Below are positions 38,713 through 47,607 of a stretch of DNA of 64,000 nucleotides, in pieces. Origin of the DNA: Trichormus sp. ATA11-4-KO1 (lineage in GTDB: Bacteria; Cyanobacteriota; Cyanobacteriia; Cyanobacteriales; Nostocaceae). A model generated the notes under the pieces. That model was not told the DNA's origin, did no database searches, and saw nothing but the letters and a program-made list of their open reading frames with translations. The stretch's first letter is position 1; each line of letters starts with the position of its first letter. The position numbers and the translations under genes are program-made. The DNA is taken from positions 1 to 64,000 of the forward strand of contig JAHHIM010000015.1 of NCBI GenBank assembly GCA_019358915.1. The letters run 5' to 3'.

Positions 38713-39888
38713 ATGTTTAGTAAATTACCTACAGCTTGGTTACAACTTAGCCATCAAAGAACTCGATTAATTGTTGCACTTTCCGGAGTTATCTTTGCAG
38801 TTGTGATTGTTTTTATGCAGCTTGGCATTCGTGATGCTTTGTTTGATAGTGCGGTTCGTCTCCATGAAGGTTTACAAGGTGATTGTTTTTTAATTAGTCC
38901 GCGTTCTACATCCTTAATTGCGATGGAGAGCTTTCCAGAAAGACGCTTAACGCAAGCTTTGGCGTTTGAGGAAGTGGATTTTGTGAATCCTATTTATTTG
39001 GGATTTGGTCAGTGGAAAAACCCCGAAACTAGAGATTATTGGCGCAATATTTTTGTGATTGGTTTTGAATTTCGAGATAGAGAGCCAATATTTAATTTTC
39101 CAGGAGTTGAAGAGAATTTAAATTTTCTGAAATTACCGGATATGGTTTTATTTGACCGTAGTTCTCGCTCTGAATTTGGTCCTATTGTGGCAGACTTTGA
39201 AAAACAGCGCAACGTAACAGCAGAAATTAGCGATCGCGGTATAAATCGCAAAGTTCAAGTAGCGGGATTATTTGAACTGGGAACTTCGTTTGGATCTGAT
39301 GGTAATTTACTTACTAGCCATCTTAACTTCCTGAGAATTTTTAGTGGTCGGCAGCAAGGCTTAATTAATATTGGCTTGATTAAATTAAAACCTGGAAATG
39401 ATGCTGATGCTTTTGTCACGAAACTGAAAGACTACTTACCCAAAGATGTGAAAGTTCTCTCAAAATCCGAATTAATTGCTTTTGAAAAAAATTATTGGCA
39501 AAGTAGTACAGCAATTGGCTTTATTTTTAACTTAGGAGTAGCTCTAGGAATTATTGTCGGTGTTGTGGTTGTTTATCAAATTCTTTATAGCAATGTTTCG
39601 GAACATTTAGCAGAATATGCCACTCTCAAAGCAATGGGATATCGTCATAATTATCTGTTGTCTATGGTGCTGCAACAAGCCTTGTTTATTGCCATTTTAG
39701 GTTATATACCAGGTTTGCTCATTTCTGTAATTCAATATGAATTTGCTAAACAAGCTACCTTACTACCAATTGTGATGAATTTCCCCAGAGCAACATTTGT
39801 CCTAGCATCAACTATCATTATGTGTTTTATTTCTGGTGCTACTGCGGTGGGTAAACTAAAATCCGCAGATCCGGCTGATATTTTTTAA
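38713..39888 (+). CDS. devC: DevC-family ABC exporter permease
   Basis: AWLQL..R..VALSGV.FA..FMQLG, HLAEYATLKAMGY, C-terminal ADPADIF. Confidence 0.92.
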   Translation: MFSKLPTAWLQLSHQRTRLIVALSGVIFAVVIVFMQLGIRDALFDSAVRLHEGLQGDCFLISPRSTSLIAMESFPERRLTQALAFEEVDFVNPIYLGFGQWKNPETRDYWRNIFVIGFEFRDREPIFNFPGVEENLNFLKLPDMVLFDRSSRSEFGPIVADFEKQRNVTAEISDRGINRKVQVAGLFELGTSFGSDGNLLTSHLNFLRIFSGRQQGLINIGLIKLKPGNDADAFVTKLKDYLPKDVKVLSKSELIAFEKNYWQSSTAIGFIFNLGVALGIIVGVVVVYQILYSNVSEHLAEYATLKAMGYRHNYLLSMVLQQALFIAILGYIPGLLISVIQYEFAKQATLLPIVMNFPRATFVLASTIIMCFISGATAVGKLKSADPADIF

Positions 39889-39902
39889 GGACTATATATA
39901 TT

Positions 39903-40589
39903 ATGCAACCTGTAATAGCTATTAGTAATCTCAACCATTATTATGGCAATAGTTCTTTAAAAAAACAGGTCTTATTTGATATTAACCTGGAAATATATCC
40001 GGGAGAAATTGTCATTATGACTGGCCCTTCCGGCTCTGGAAAAACTACTTTATTATCATTAATTGGGGCTTTGCGTTCTGTCCAAGAGGGAAGTATTAAA
40101 ATTTTAGGCGAAGAAATGCATGGCGCAAATGAAGAAAAAATGGTGCAAACTCGTCGCCACATCGGTTATATTTTCCAAGCTCATAATTTATTACCATTTA
40201 TGAGTGCTAGACAAAATGTCCAAATGTCAATTGAGCTGCATGAAGATATTAGCAGTCACGAAGCACGCACCAAATCGGAAGCAATGCTTCAGGAAGTGGG
40301 ATTGGGGGAGCGAGTTGACTACTATCCTGACAGCCTTTCAGGAGGACAAAAACAACGTGTAGCGATCGCTCGTGCTTTAGTGAGTCACCCTAAACTAGTT
40401 TTAGCAGATGAGCCAACTGCGGCATTAGATAAAAAGACAGGTCGAGATGTTGTAGATTTGATGCAGCGTCTAGCAAAAGAACAAGGATGCACTATCATGT
40501 TGGTAACTCACGACAATCGGATTTTAGATATTGCCGATCGCATTATTAATATGGAAGATGGTCAACTTTCACTGATGACAGTTACTTAA
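39903..40589 (+). CDS. devA: DevA-family ABC exporter ATP-binding subunit
   Basis: GPSGSGKTT, IFQAHNL, LSGGQKQRVAIARAL, LADEPTAALD. Confidence 0.93.
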   Translation: MQPVIAISNLNHYYGNSSLKKQVLFDINLEIYPGEIVIMTGPSGSGKTTLLSLIGALRSVQEGSIKILGEEMHGANEEKMVQTRRHIGYIFQAHNLLPFMSARQNVQMSIELHEDISSHEARTKSEAMLQEVGLGERVDYYPDSLSGGQKQRVAIARALVSHPKLVLADEPTAALDKKTGRDVVDLMQRLAKEQGCTIMLVTHDNRILDIADRIINMEDGQLSLMTVT

Positions 40590-40593
40590 ATAA

Positions 40594-40893
40594 GGAAGAG
40601 GGAAGAAGGAAGAAGGAAGAAAGTCTTCTTTCTTCTTGCCAAACGGATTTAAATCCCCACTTCGACAGGTGATAAGTAAGTACGCGAGAATAAATCAAAG
40701 TACATTAAGTAATGTAAAAATCTGGGGATTAGTTCGTAGTAAGGACTTCAGTCCTTATGAGAGGACTAAAGTCCTCTCTGCGAGACGCTACGCGAACACT
40801 ACAAACCTTTAATTATTTACGCCCACCTACTTACAGTGAGCCTGTCGAACTGCTCAGTGACCACCACCAATTTTCCTTCTTCCTTCTTCCTCC
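40594..40893. repeat. Nested composite of small repeats/MITEs between convergent genes
   Basis: (GGAAGAA)n with its inverse; TTCGACAGG/CCTGTCGAA; degenerate TIRs at 40673/40833; inner AGGACT hairpins with a 21-nt insert at 40777-40797. Confidence 0.65.
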
Positions 40894-40917
40894 AACAGCA
40901 CTTCCTTCTTTAATCAA

Positions 40918-42759
40918 TTACATACTTTCTTTGTATGTTATTAACAATTGCGGAATATAATCATATCCATCTACACCGATAATTGCAATCATTTTAGGGC
41001 GATGTTGCTGTAATAAACTTTGAAAAGCTTCTGCCCCCATTTGACCTTGTAATATTGTGAGTAATCCTGCTGGTTGTCGCCATTCGCTAGAGGCAATTTG
41101 CTCCAAAAGATACATTCCTAGACTGCCAGTGTAAATAGCTTTTTCTGAATTTTGTAAATTATAATAAGCTTCAGCTAAGTAAGCTAAGTTGCGTCCTTGG
41201 AGATATAAATCACCGGAAACTTGGGCTGTTTTAAAACCATTTTCTAAATATGGAATTGCCTCTTGTGGTTGATTTATCACTAGATAGGCAATGCCTAAAC
41301 TACTGCAACATAAGGCTTTACTTTGCATATCTCCTAGCTGTTCTGATAACTTTAAACCTTGTTCCAAATAGTTAATTGCCGTTTCGTAGACTTCTGTTTC
41401 TATTTGTTCCAGTTGTTGCGCTTGCATCACTTCGCTGTAACCTAAATTTACCAGGGCGTTGGCTTCCCCTGTCCGATTCCCTGCTTGCCGACTCAGCATT
41501 AATGCCCGTTGACTATAATTAATTGCCTCAGCATAGTTTTGCTCTTGTACATAAGTACGGCTGAGGTGGTTGAGATTAGCAATTTCACAGGGGCGATCGC
41601 CTGCATTTCTGGCTATTTCCAATGCTTGCTGATGAAACTGAATTGAGCGTTGGTATTGCCCTAATGCACGTTGCGAATAGCCTAAAAGTGTCAATATTCT
41701 GGCTTTTTCTTGGGTTCCTTCAACTTGTCGCAGTGGTTCATCCAGATAATCTAAAGCATCCCGTAAAGAACTGCCTGAAAACGAAGCGAAAATCCCACCG
41801 TAGAGGGGAAAATATGAACGCTGGGAAAAATTGCGTAAAATTTGTAGCATGATTTGAGAACAGGCATCACTATATACTGCCCTGCTACGAAAACCATTTG
41901 CTAACTGACTCCAAATCACTGCAAAGGTCAAAAAAGTAGAAATTGACAACTTTGACCCTGCTTGAATGTTGTAGGCTTGTTGGTCGAACCAGTTAACTAA
42001 ACCTCGTTGCAAGTACTGCAAAATTAAGGCGATTTCTACCCAATCACTCAGGGTAATATTACTTTGGCGTTCGGCAAATTCAATGGCAGATTGTTCCATG
42101 GCTAAAGTCCGAAACAATGCTTGGGCGATATCACTATTAACCTGCTTGGCCCAAGTTGCCCAAGGGCCACTTTCTCCAGGTACGCCACCAAATCCTAATT
42201 GCTGATTTCGCTCATACATCCAGCTAACTAAGTGGTCTTGCAGCCGTTGCCAAGCAGTTAAACCATTGGTAATTCCCTGTGATATTTCTGGTAAATCAGC
42301 ATTTACTTGAGCAAACTGTTGTAAAGCTTTGGATAATTGCTGTAGTTGCTGTACATTCGGTGGTTGCTTCTGATTCGGGTCGATAATGCGTAAAAATATA
42401 GCTAGACGCTCATCAGTAGCAGCTGTAGTAATTTCTTTAACTGCCGAGGCGATCGCTTCTGTAGCTTTATTTTGCTCTCCGTAGCGCTGCCATTGACTTT
42501 GAATAGTCTTAATTGCTCTTAAACTCCGATGAGCCTTGGCTTTCTTCAGTTCATCTGTTTGACTATCCACTTGAGCTTGAATGGCGCTGAGGCGATCGCT
42601 CAAAGCTAACTCAAAGACTTCTCCTGTGCCCGAAGTTATATTTTTCTGCAATAATTGATACACCATTTCTACAGAGCTAATTTTGCCCTGGAGCGTGGCT
42701 TGGACAATTTCATCAATTAAAGCGAGATAGCTATCGCGTAATGGCAGAGATTCTGACAC
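40918..42759 (-). CDS. Tetratricopeptide-repeat protein
   Basis: C-terminal TPRs (LGQYQRSIQFHQQALEIAR..., NYAEAINYSQRAL...). Confidence 0.85.
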   Translation of the reverse strand: MSESLPLRDSYLALIDEIVQATLQGKISSVEMVYQLLQKNITSGTGEVFELALSDRLSAIQAQVDSQTDELKKAKAHRSLRAIKTIQSQWQRYGEQNKATEAIASAVKEITTAATDERLAIFLRIIDPNQKQPPNVQQLQQLSKALQQFAQVNADLPEISQGITNGLTAWQRLQDHLVSWMYERNQQLGFGGVPGESGPWATWAKQVNSDIAQALFRTLAMEQSAIEFAERQSNITLSDWVEIALILQYLQRGLVNWFDQQAYNIQAGSKLSISTFLTFAVIWSQLANGFRSRAVYSDACSQIMLQILRNFSQRSYFPLYGGIFASFSGSSLRDALDYLDEPLRQVEGTQEKARILTLLGYSQRALGQYQRSIQFHQQALEIARNAGDRPCEIANLNHLSRTYVQEQNYAEAINYSQRALMLSRQAGNRTGEANALVNLGYSEVMQAQQLEQIETEVYETAINYLEQGLKLSEQLGDMQSKALCCSSLGIAYLVINQPQEAIPYLENGFKTAQVSGDLYLQGRNLAYLAEAYYNLQNSEKAIYTGSLGMYLLEQIASSEWRQPAGLLTILQGQMGAEAFQSLLQQHRPKMIAIIGVDGYDYIPQLLITYKESM

Positions 42760-42863
42760 TGTGGCTACTGGAGAACGTCAATTTTCATTTTAGGGCATGG
42801 GGCATTGGGGTTAGGCATAGATAAAACTTATTCCCTGTCACCTTGTCCCCTACTCCCTATCTT

Positions 42864-43640
42864 TTACCTTACAAACTGGGCATCGGAATTGAAAAACTGA
42901 CGATATAAACCTTTAGTCACTAAAATCGTTGTCAACAAATTGGCGATCGCCACCATGAAAATAATTAAAATTTCGTAGGAGACAGCATCTAAAGGTCTGA
43001 TTCCTGCGAGTAACTGTCCGGTGGTAATTCCAGGGATGGCTACCATACCTACTAGCATCATTTGATTGAGAGTCGGCAAAAATGCGGCTCTAATGGCTTC
43101 TTTGCGGTATTGGCTGACTGCTTGCTGGGGAGTTGCACCTAAACTTAAATGAGTTTCAATTTCTAAAGTTTGGGTGTTCATGGTGCTAACAAGACGTTCT
43201 CCCGCGATCGCGGCGGCGTTCATCGCATTGCCTAAAATTATTCCTGCTAACGGAATTACATAACGCGGTTCGTACCATCTATCTGGTTGAATAATCAAGA
43301 AAATTGTGTAAAGCACTGTCAAAGCAGTACTAACTAAAATTGCACCCCATACCAAAGGCAAAACTTGGGGAATTTTGGGACTGATGCGATTTCGGGACAC
43401 AATCGCCGTAATCGTCAAAATTACTGCTAAAATCGCCAAAACTGCCCAAAGATTGTCTAAAGCAAAGATGAAGTCTAAAACGTATCCTAATACGAGTAGT
43501 TGGAGGATGGTTCTGCCAGTAGCGATCGCTAAGTTCCACTCTAGTCCTAATTTTTCCCAGGCAGATAAACCAATGGCGATCGCCATCAATCCTACGGCCA
43601 TAGCTAAATCAACTAAATCTAGCTTGATCAAATCTGGCAT
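42864..43640 (-). CDS. fetB: Iron-export ABC permease FetB/YbbM family
   Basis: RTILQL..GYVL, WYEPRYVIPLAGIILGNAMN, LSLGATP, PGITTGQLLAG. Confidence 0.85.
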   Translation of the reverse strand: MPDLIKLDLVDLAMAVGLMAIAIGLSAWEKLGLEWNLAIATGRTILQLLVLGYVLDFIFALDNLWAVLAILAVILTITAIVSRNRISPKIPQVLPLVWGAILVSTALTVLYTIFLIIQPDRWYEPRYVIPLAGIILGNAMNAAAIAGERLVSTMNTQTLEIETHLSLGATPQQAVSQYRKEAIRAAFLPTLNQMMLVGMVAIPGITTGQLLAGIRPLDAVSYEILIIFMVAIANLLTTILVTKGLYRQFFNSDAQFVR

Positions 43641-43731
43641 GAGTGATCCATCTCCTGCTCACAAGAAAACATGAAAATATTTTTTCCCATTCCTCATTCC
43701 CCATTCCTAGTTTTTGGAACTTTAATTTAAG

Positions 43732-44005
43732 TAGGACTTACGTAACTGGCATTGAATCTTGTCAGTGTCGTCAAGCTAGACTCCAAAGAAATCATATTGC
43801 TTGTGCAATGTTTGTTTGGGTTAGGTTAAAAAATTTAGCCTATACCACTGGCCAAACTATTTATCAAATCAAGCATAACTTGCTTTCTAATTATTTAATT
43901 CAGCAACTGAAACGCCCAAGTATTCTTATGTGCTTGGTTTAATTTAAATTGTTGCGTTTCAGGGCTGCACCCTGCCCGCTATTTGTGCCAGTTGCGTAAG
44001 TCCTA
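43732..44005 (+). mobile_element. 274-bp internally deleted IS701-family element with both terminal inverted repeats
   Basis: TIRs TAGGACTTACGTAACTGGCA (43732-43751) and TGCCAGTTGCGTAAGTCCTA (43986-44005), 19/20; encloses TGIESCQCRQARLQRNHIACAM..., a transposase C-terminus. Confidence 0.8.
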
Positions 44006-44127
44006 ATAGTTTAATTTATGTTACATTAGCGGAGTAATCGCTTGAGTCTATGCTAAGTTTAATTGAAATATCTAAAAATATGTTTATTTTCTTATTTTTA
44101 AGATATTGACATTATCCCCACAAATTG

Positions 44128-44463
44128 ATGCTTGATTTCAACACCTTAGCTGAGTTCTCCCGTGCCAATTGCGTAAGTATTTGTGCGTTTCTTGTACCAG
44201 CTAACTTAATTGCCACATCACTAACAATCATACTGACAGTATTACGTTGCCCAACACATCAAGTATGGAAAGCTGTCGGCATAGCAAGTACTTTTGCTTT
44301 CATAATGGTATTGCACGTATATACTTGGTTCATCATTGGTGTGGTAATGGCTCCCACTTATATTTTGTTGTCTTTAGCAATTAGCTGCTTACTCACTAAT
44401 TTTGTCATAGTTCTTTTTCAAAAGCGCCGCGTAAACAACCCCAGTCTTGCTCACAACGCCTAA
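44128..44463 (+). CDS. Conserved small cyanobacterial membrane protein
   Basis: EFSRANCVSICAFLVPANL, HVYTWFIIGVVMAPT; three TM segments. Confidence 0.7.
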   Translation: MLDFNTLAEFSRANCVSICAFLVPANLIATSLTIILTVLRCPTHQVWKAVGIASTFAFIMVLHVYTWFIIGVVMAPTYILLSLAISCLLTNFVIVLFQKRRVNNPSLAHNA

Positions 44464-44557
44464 AATAAAGTGCTGAGTAAAATTCAGAAAGGATTTTGTT
44501 GATTTCATTCTTTAGTGGGTGATGCGCCGCCGTGTCTGCTTTTAAGTAATTTTCCAA

Positions 44558-45772
44558 CTAATCTAGTACTGCTAACACGGACTTCGGTAATAATTTATCT
44601 TTAAACCACACAATTTTTGCTGGGACATTATCTAATTTAACCCCTGCTTTTTCCAAATTCAATCGTTCAGAAATAGCCAAAATTAAATTGTCACATCCAG
44701 AACGCCGCACCTGATAAAACTTCTTTTGTAAATATTCTGGTCGCCAATAACCAACAATTTCTAATAAAAAATCACGACCATCAGGATGTACTAAACGAAA
44801 ATCGGGAATCATCACACTACCAGGAATCGGCACTAAATCAACTTCTCGCTCTAATATCCAGTCTGTTTTGAGTGCATCCCATTTATCAGCGAAAGATGCC
44901 TCCAACATACTATCGTAAGGCTTACCCTTAGAGTAGTGAGATACTAAACCACATTCAGAATTGAGGGTAAAACGTCCAGTTTTCCAAGTATTAGTATAAG
45001 CATCGCGGGTTTGCAAAGTTGCTGCCAAACTCCATTTAGTCACGTGTAATAAAGCCGGAATCAATTTAGCGATCGCCAGCCCATATCGCGTACTAGGATG
45101 AAATAAGCTCGTCGGTCCATCCACCGTAATTGTAAACCCGTGGTCAGCATCGCCTTCAATATAAGCCATCAATTGAAACAACTTCAAATAGCGAAATAAC
45201 AGCTTATATTCCCCCGGAACATTACGATGAGCATTTAAAATTAATTGACTCGCCTTATAAAAAATTCCCTGCACCTGAGACAAATTATATCTATTTAATA
45301 AATCCACCGAAGAAGGCGCATCAAAATTAGTTAAAATCTTATTCTCTGCCAAATCAGCATACAACCCATCACGCACCTGTTCTAATAAAACCTCACGTTC
45401 CAGTTCCTGACTTAACTCAGCAGCAATCTTATTTAAAGTAACTTGCGTAGATTCCCCACTGGGAACAGACTGCGCCGCCAAAGCAAACACCCGTTCTCTT
45501 AATAAAGGTGGTTCCAAAGGACTCACCACCTCAAAAGTGCAGAAACTACTCTTAAGAATATAAGCCAACCCCCGCTTCACCCGATAATCAGTAGCATCAC
45601 CCTCCAAATCCAGAAGCTGACGTTCCAACACTCCCTGACACTTCCCCACAGCCTCCTGAAAACAACCAATCAACTCATTCCCCAACTCCAAATTCTTCTG
45701 ATCAATCTTCAACCTCTTGGGAATTATCTCCTCCCCATTCAGACGATGACTTAGTAACTCCGTTGGTAACAT
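44558..45772 (-). CDS. DUF790 family (Bax1-like) endonuclease
   Basis: RYNLSQVQG, DGPTSLF..STRYG, YDSMLE..FA, IPDF, EIVGYWRPEYL. Confidence 0.88.
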   Translation of the reverse strand: MLPTELLSHRLNGEEIIPKRLKIDQKNLELGNELIGCFQEAVGKCQGVLERQLLDLEGDATDYRVKRGLAYILKSSFCTFEVVSPLEPPLLRERVFALAAQSVPSGESTQVTLNKIAAELSQELEREVLLEQVRDGLYADLAENKILTNFDAPSSVDLLNRYNLSQVQGIFYKASQLILNAHRNVPGEYKLLFRYLKLFQLMAYIEGDADHGFTITVDGPTSLFHPSTRYGLAIAKLIPALLHVTKWSLAATLQTRDAYTNTWKTGRFTLNSECGLVSHYSKGKPYDSMLEASFADKWDALKTDWILEREVDLVPIPGSVMIPDFRLVHPDGRDFLLEIVGYWRPEYLQKKFYQVRRSGCDNLILAISERLNLEKAGVKLDNVPAKIVWFKDKLLPKSVLAVLD

Positions 45773-47276
45773 CTTTCTTATCGCTCGAATAATTAATCTC
45801 TAACTGTTCCGCCGCCTTCGGACTTCTAACCTTCCCACCCCCATAAACTACCTGCAAATCCCCCCTCTTTCCCCTCTTACCTTCGCGAACGCGCCTTCGC
45901 GGTTCGTTTTCCACCCCCCTACGCCGCGCCGAAGTCCCCTCCTCACTAGTATCCTCAGCCACCACCTCATACAAAATCGCCTGCTTATTAGCCACATTCC
46001 CCTTTCTTAACACCCTACCCAAACGCTGAATATACTCCCTAGTCGAACCAGTCCCCGAAAGAATAATCGCCACAGAAGCCGCCGGGACATCAACCCCTTC
46101 ATTCAACACATGAGAAGCCACCAAAGTATTGTATTCCCCCTCCCGGAACTTACTTAAAATCTCATGCCGTTCCTTCACCGGAGTTTGATGAGTAATCGCC
46201 GGAATTAACAACTGCTGCGAAATACTGTAAACCGTCGCATTATCAGCCGTAAAAATCAAAATTCTTTCCGGAAAATGTGATGCCAACAAATCAGCCAAAA
46301 CCCTTAACTTCCCATCAGTACCCAAAGCAATAGATTTCGCCTCACGATGCGCCAACATCGCCCTTCTCCCAGCCGGCGATCGCGCACTCATTTGCACAAA
46401 CATTTGCCAACCTTGAATACTCCCTAACGATATCTTTGATTGACGTAAAAAATCATTCCGCGTTTGAATTAACTGATTGTATCTTTCTCGCTCCTGCTGC
46501 GATAACTTCACCTTAATTTGGACAATTTCGTGGTTAGCTAACGCATTCCCCGCCAAATCTTCAGCCCGTTTGCGGTATACCTCAGGGCCAATCAAAATAT
46601 TTAAATCGGCGTGCTTTCCATCAGTCCGTTCCGGTGTCGCTGATAATCCCAAACGATAAGGCGCGATCGCATATTCCGCAATTACCCGCCCAAAATCCGT
46701 TGGTAAATGATGACATTCATCAAACACAATCAACCCGTAGAGATTTCCCAAACTTTCCGCATGAATCGCCGCACTATCATAAGTCGCCACCAAAATCGCC
46801 GTGCGATCGCGCGAACCACCCCCCAACAAACCCACCTCCGCATCAGGAAACGCCGCCACCAAATGAGCATACCACTGGTGCATCAAATCCAAAGTTGGCA
46901 CCACAATTAACGTCGTGCGTGGAGTAGATTGCATCGCCATTTGCGCCAAATAAGTCTTACCAGCCGCCGTAGGTAGCACCACAACCCCCTGCCTTCCCGC
47001 CAACTTCCAAGCAGTTAAAGCCTCACTTTGATGGGGATAAGGCTCCATTTCCACACTCGCAATCAAATCCACCGGATAGAATTCTTTCGCTTCATCGACA
47101 AAATAGACATCTTCCGCTTGCAGTGCTTCCACCACAGCCCGATAGCGCAGCGCCGGAATGCGAAACTTTTCCACGCGATCGTCCCACGTAGCATAATCCA
47201 TCCAACCCTTACCGCGTGGTGGAGGATGCAAAATTAATGTACCGCGATCAAAGGTTAATGTGGGTGTGCGAGCCAT
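45702..47276 (-). CDS. XPB/Rad25-like superfamily II (DEAD/DEAH) helicase
   Basis: LPTAAGKT, DECHHL, LSATPER, EGVDVP, IQRLGRVLR; overlaps the DUF790 start. Confidence 0.9.
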   Translation of the reverse strand: MARTPTLTFDRGTLILHPPPRGKGWMDYATWDDRVEKFRIPALRYRAVVEALQAEDVYFVDEAKEFYPVDLIASVEMEPYPHQSEALTAWKLAGRQGVVVLPTAAGKTYLAQMAMQSTPRTTLIVVPTLDLMHQWYAHLVAAFPDAEVGLLGGGSRDRTAILVATYDSAAIHAESLGNLYGLIVFDECHHLPTDFGRVIAEYAIAPYRLGLSATPERTDGKHADLNILIGPEVYRKRAEDLAGNALANHEIVQIKVKLSQQERERYNQLIQTRNDFLRQSKISLGSIQGWQMFVQMSARSPAGRRAMLAHREAKSIALGTDGKLRVLADLLASHFPERILIFTADNATVYSISQQLLIPAITHQTPVKERHEILSKFREGEYNTLVASHVLNEGVDVPAASVAIILSGTGSTREYIQRLGRVLRKGNVANKQAILYEVVAEDTSEEGTSARRRGVENEPRRRVREGKRGKRGDLQVVYGGGKVRSPKAAEQLEINYSSDKKDVTNGVTKSSSEWGGDNSQEVED

Positions 47277-47607
47277 TTTTTAATTTGTAATTTATCTTAC
47301 TTAGTGCTGAGTGCTGAGATCAGAAGAAGAATAACAAAAAGTGTCTGTTTTCCCAAATAGCGCTAGTCGTAACGTTGTGGTTAGCGATCGCAGTAGCAAG
47401 AAAAATTGTCGAAAATTCTGTCTAATTTAAGCAATCAGGCGATCGCCCTTATCCCCCTCATCCCCTCTTTACCTCTTTAGATAGATTCACAGCCAGTAAT
47501 TGTTATCTGGGGATTTTTCCGTTGCAAAATAGGTGTTGAGAGAACGCACTGTTTAGCTAATTTTGGGAATACTCCCTTTAGCTGGCTGCACGAAAGGAGA
47601 CGCCACA

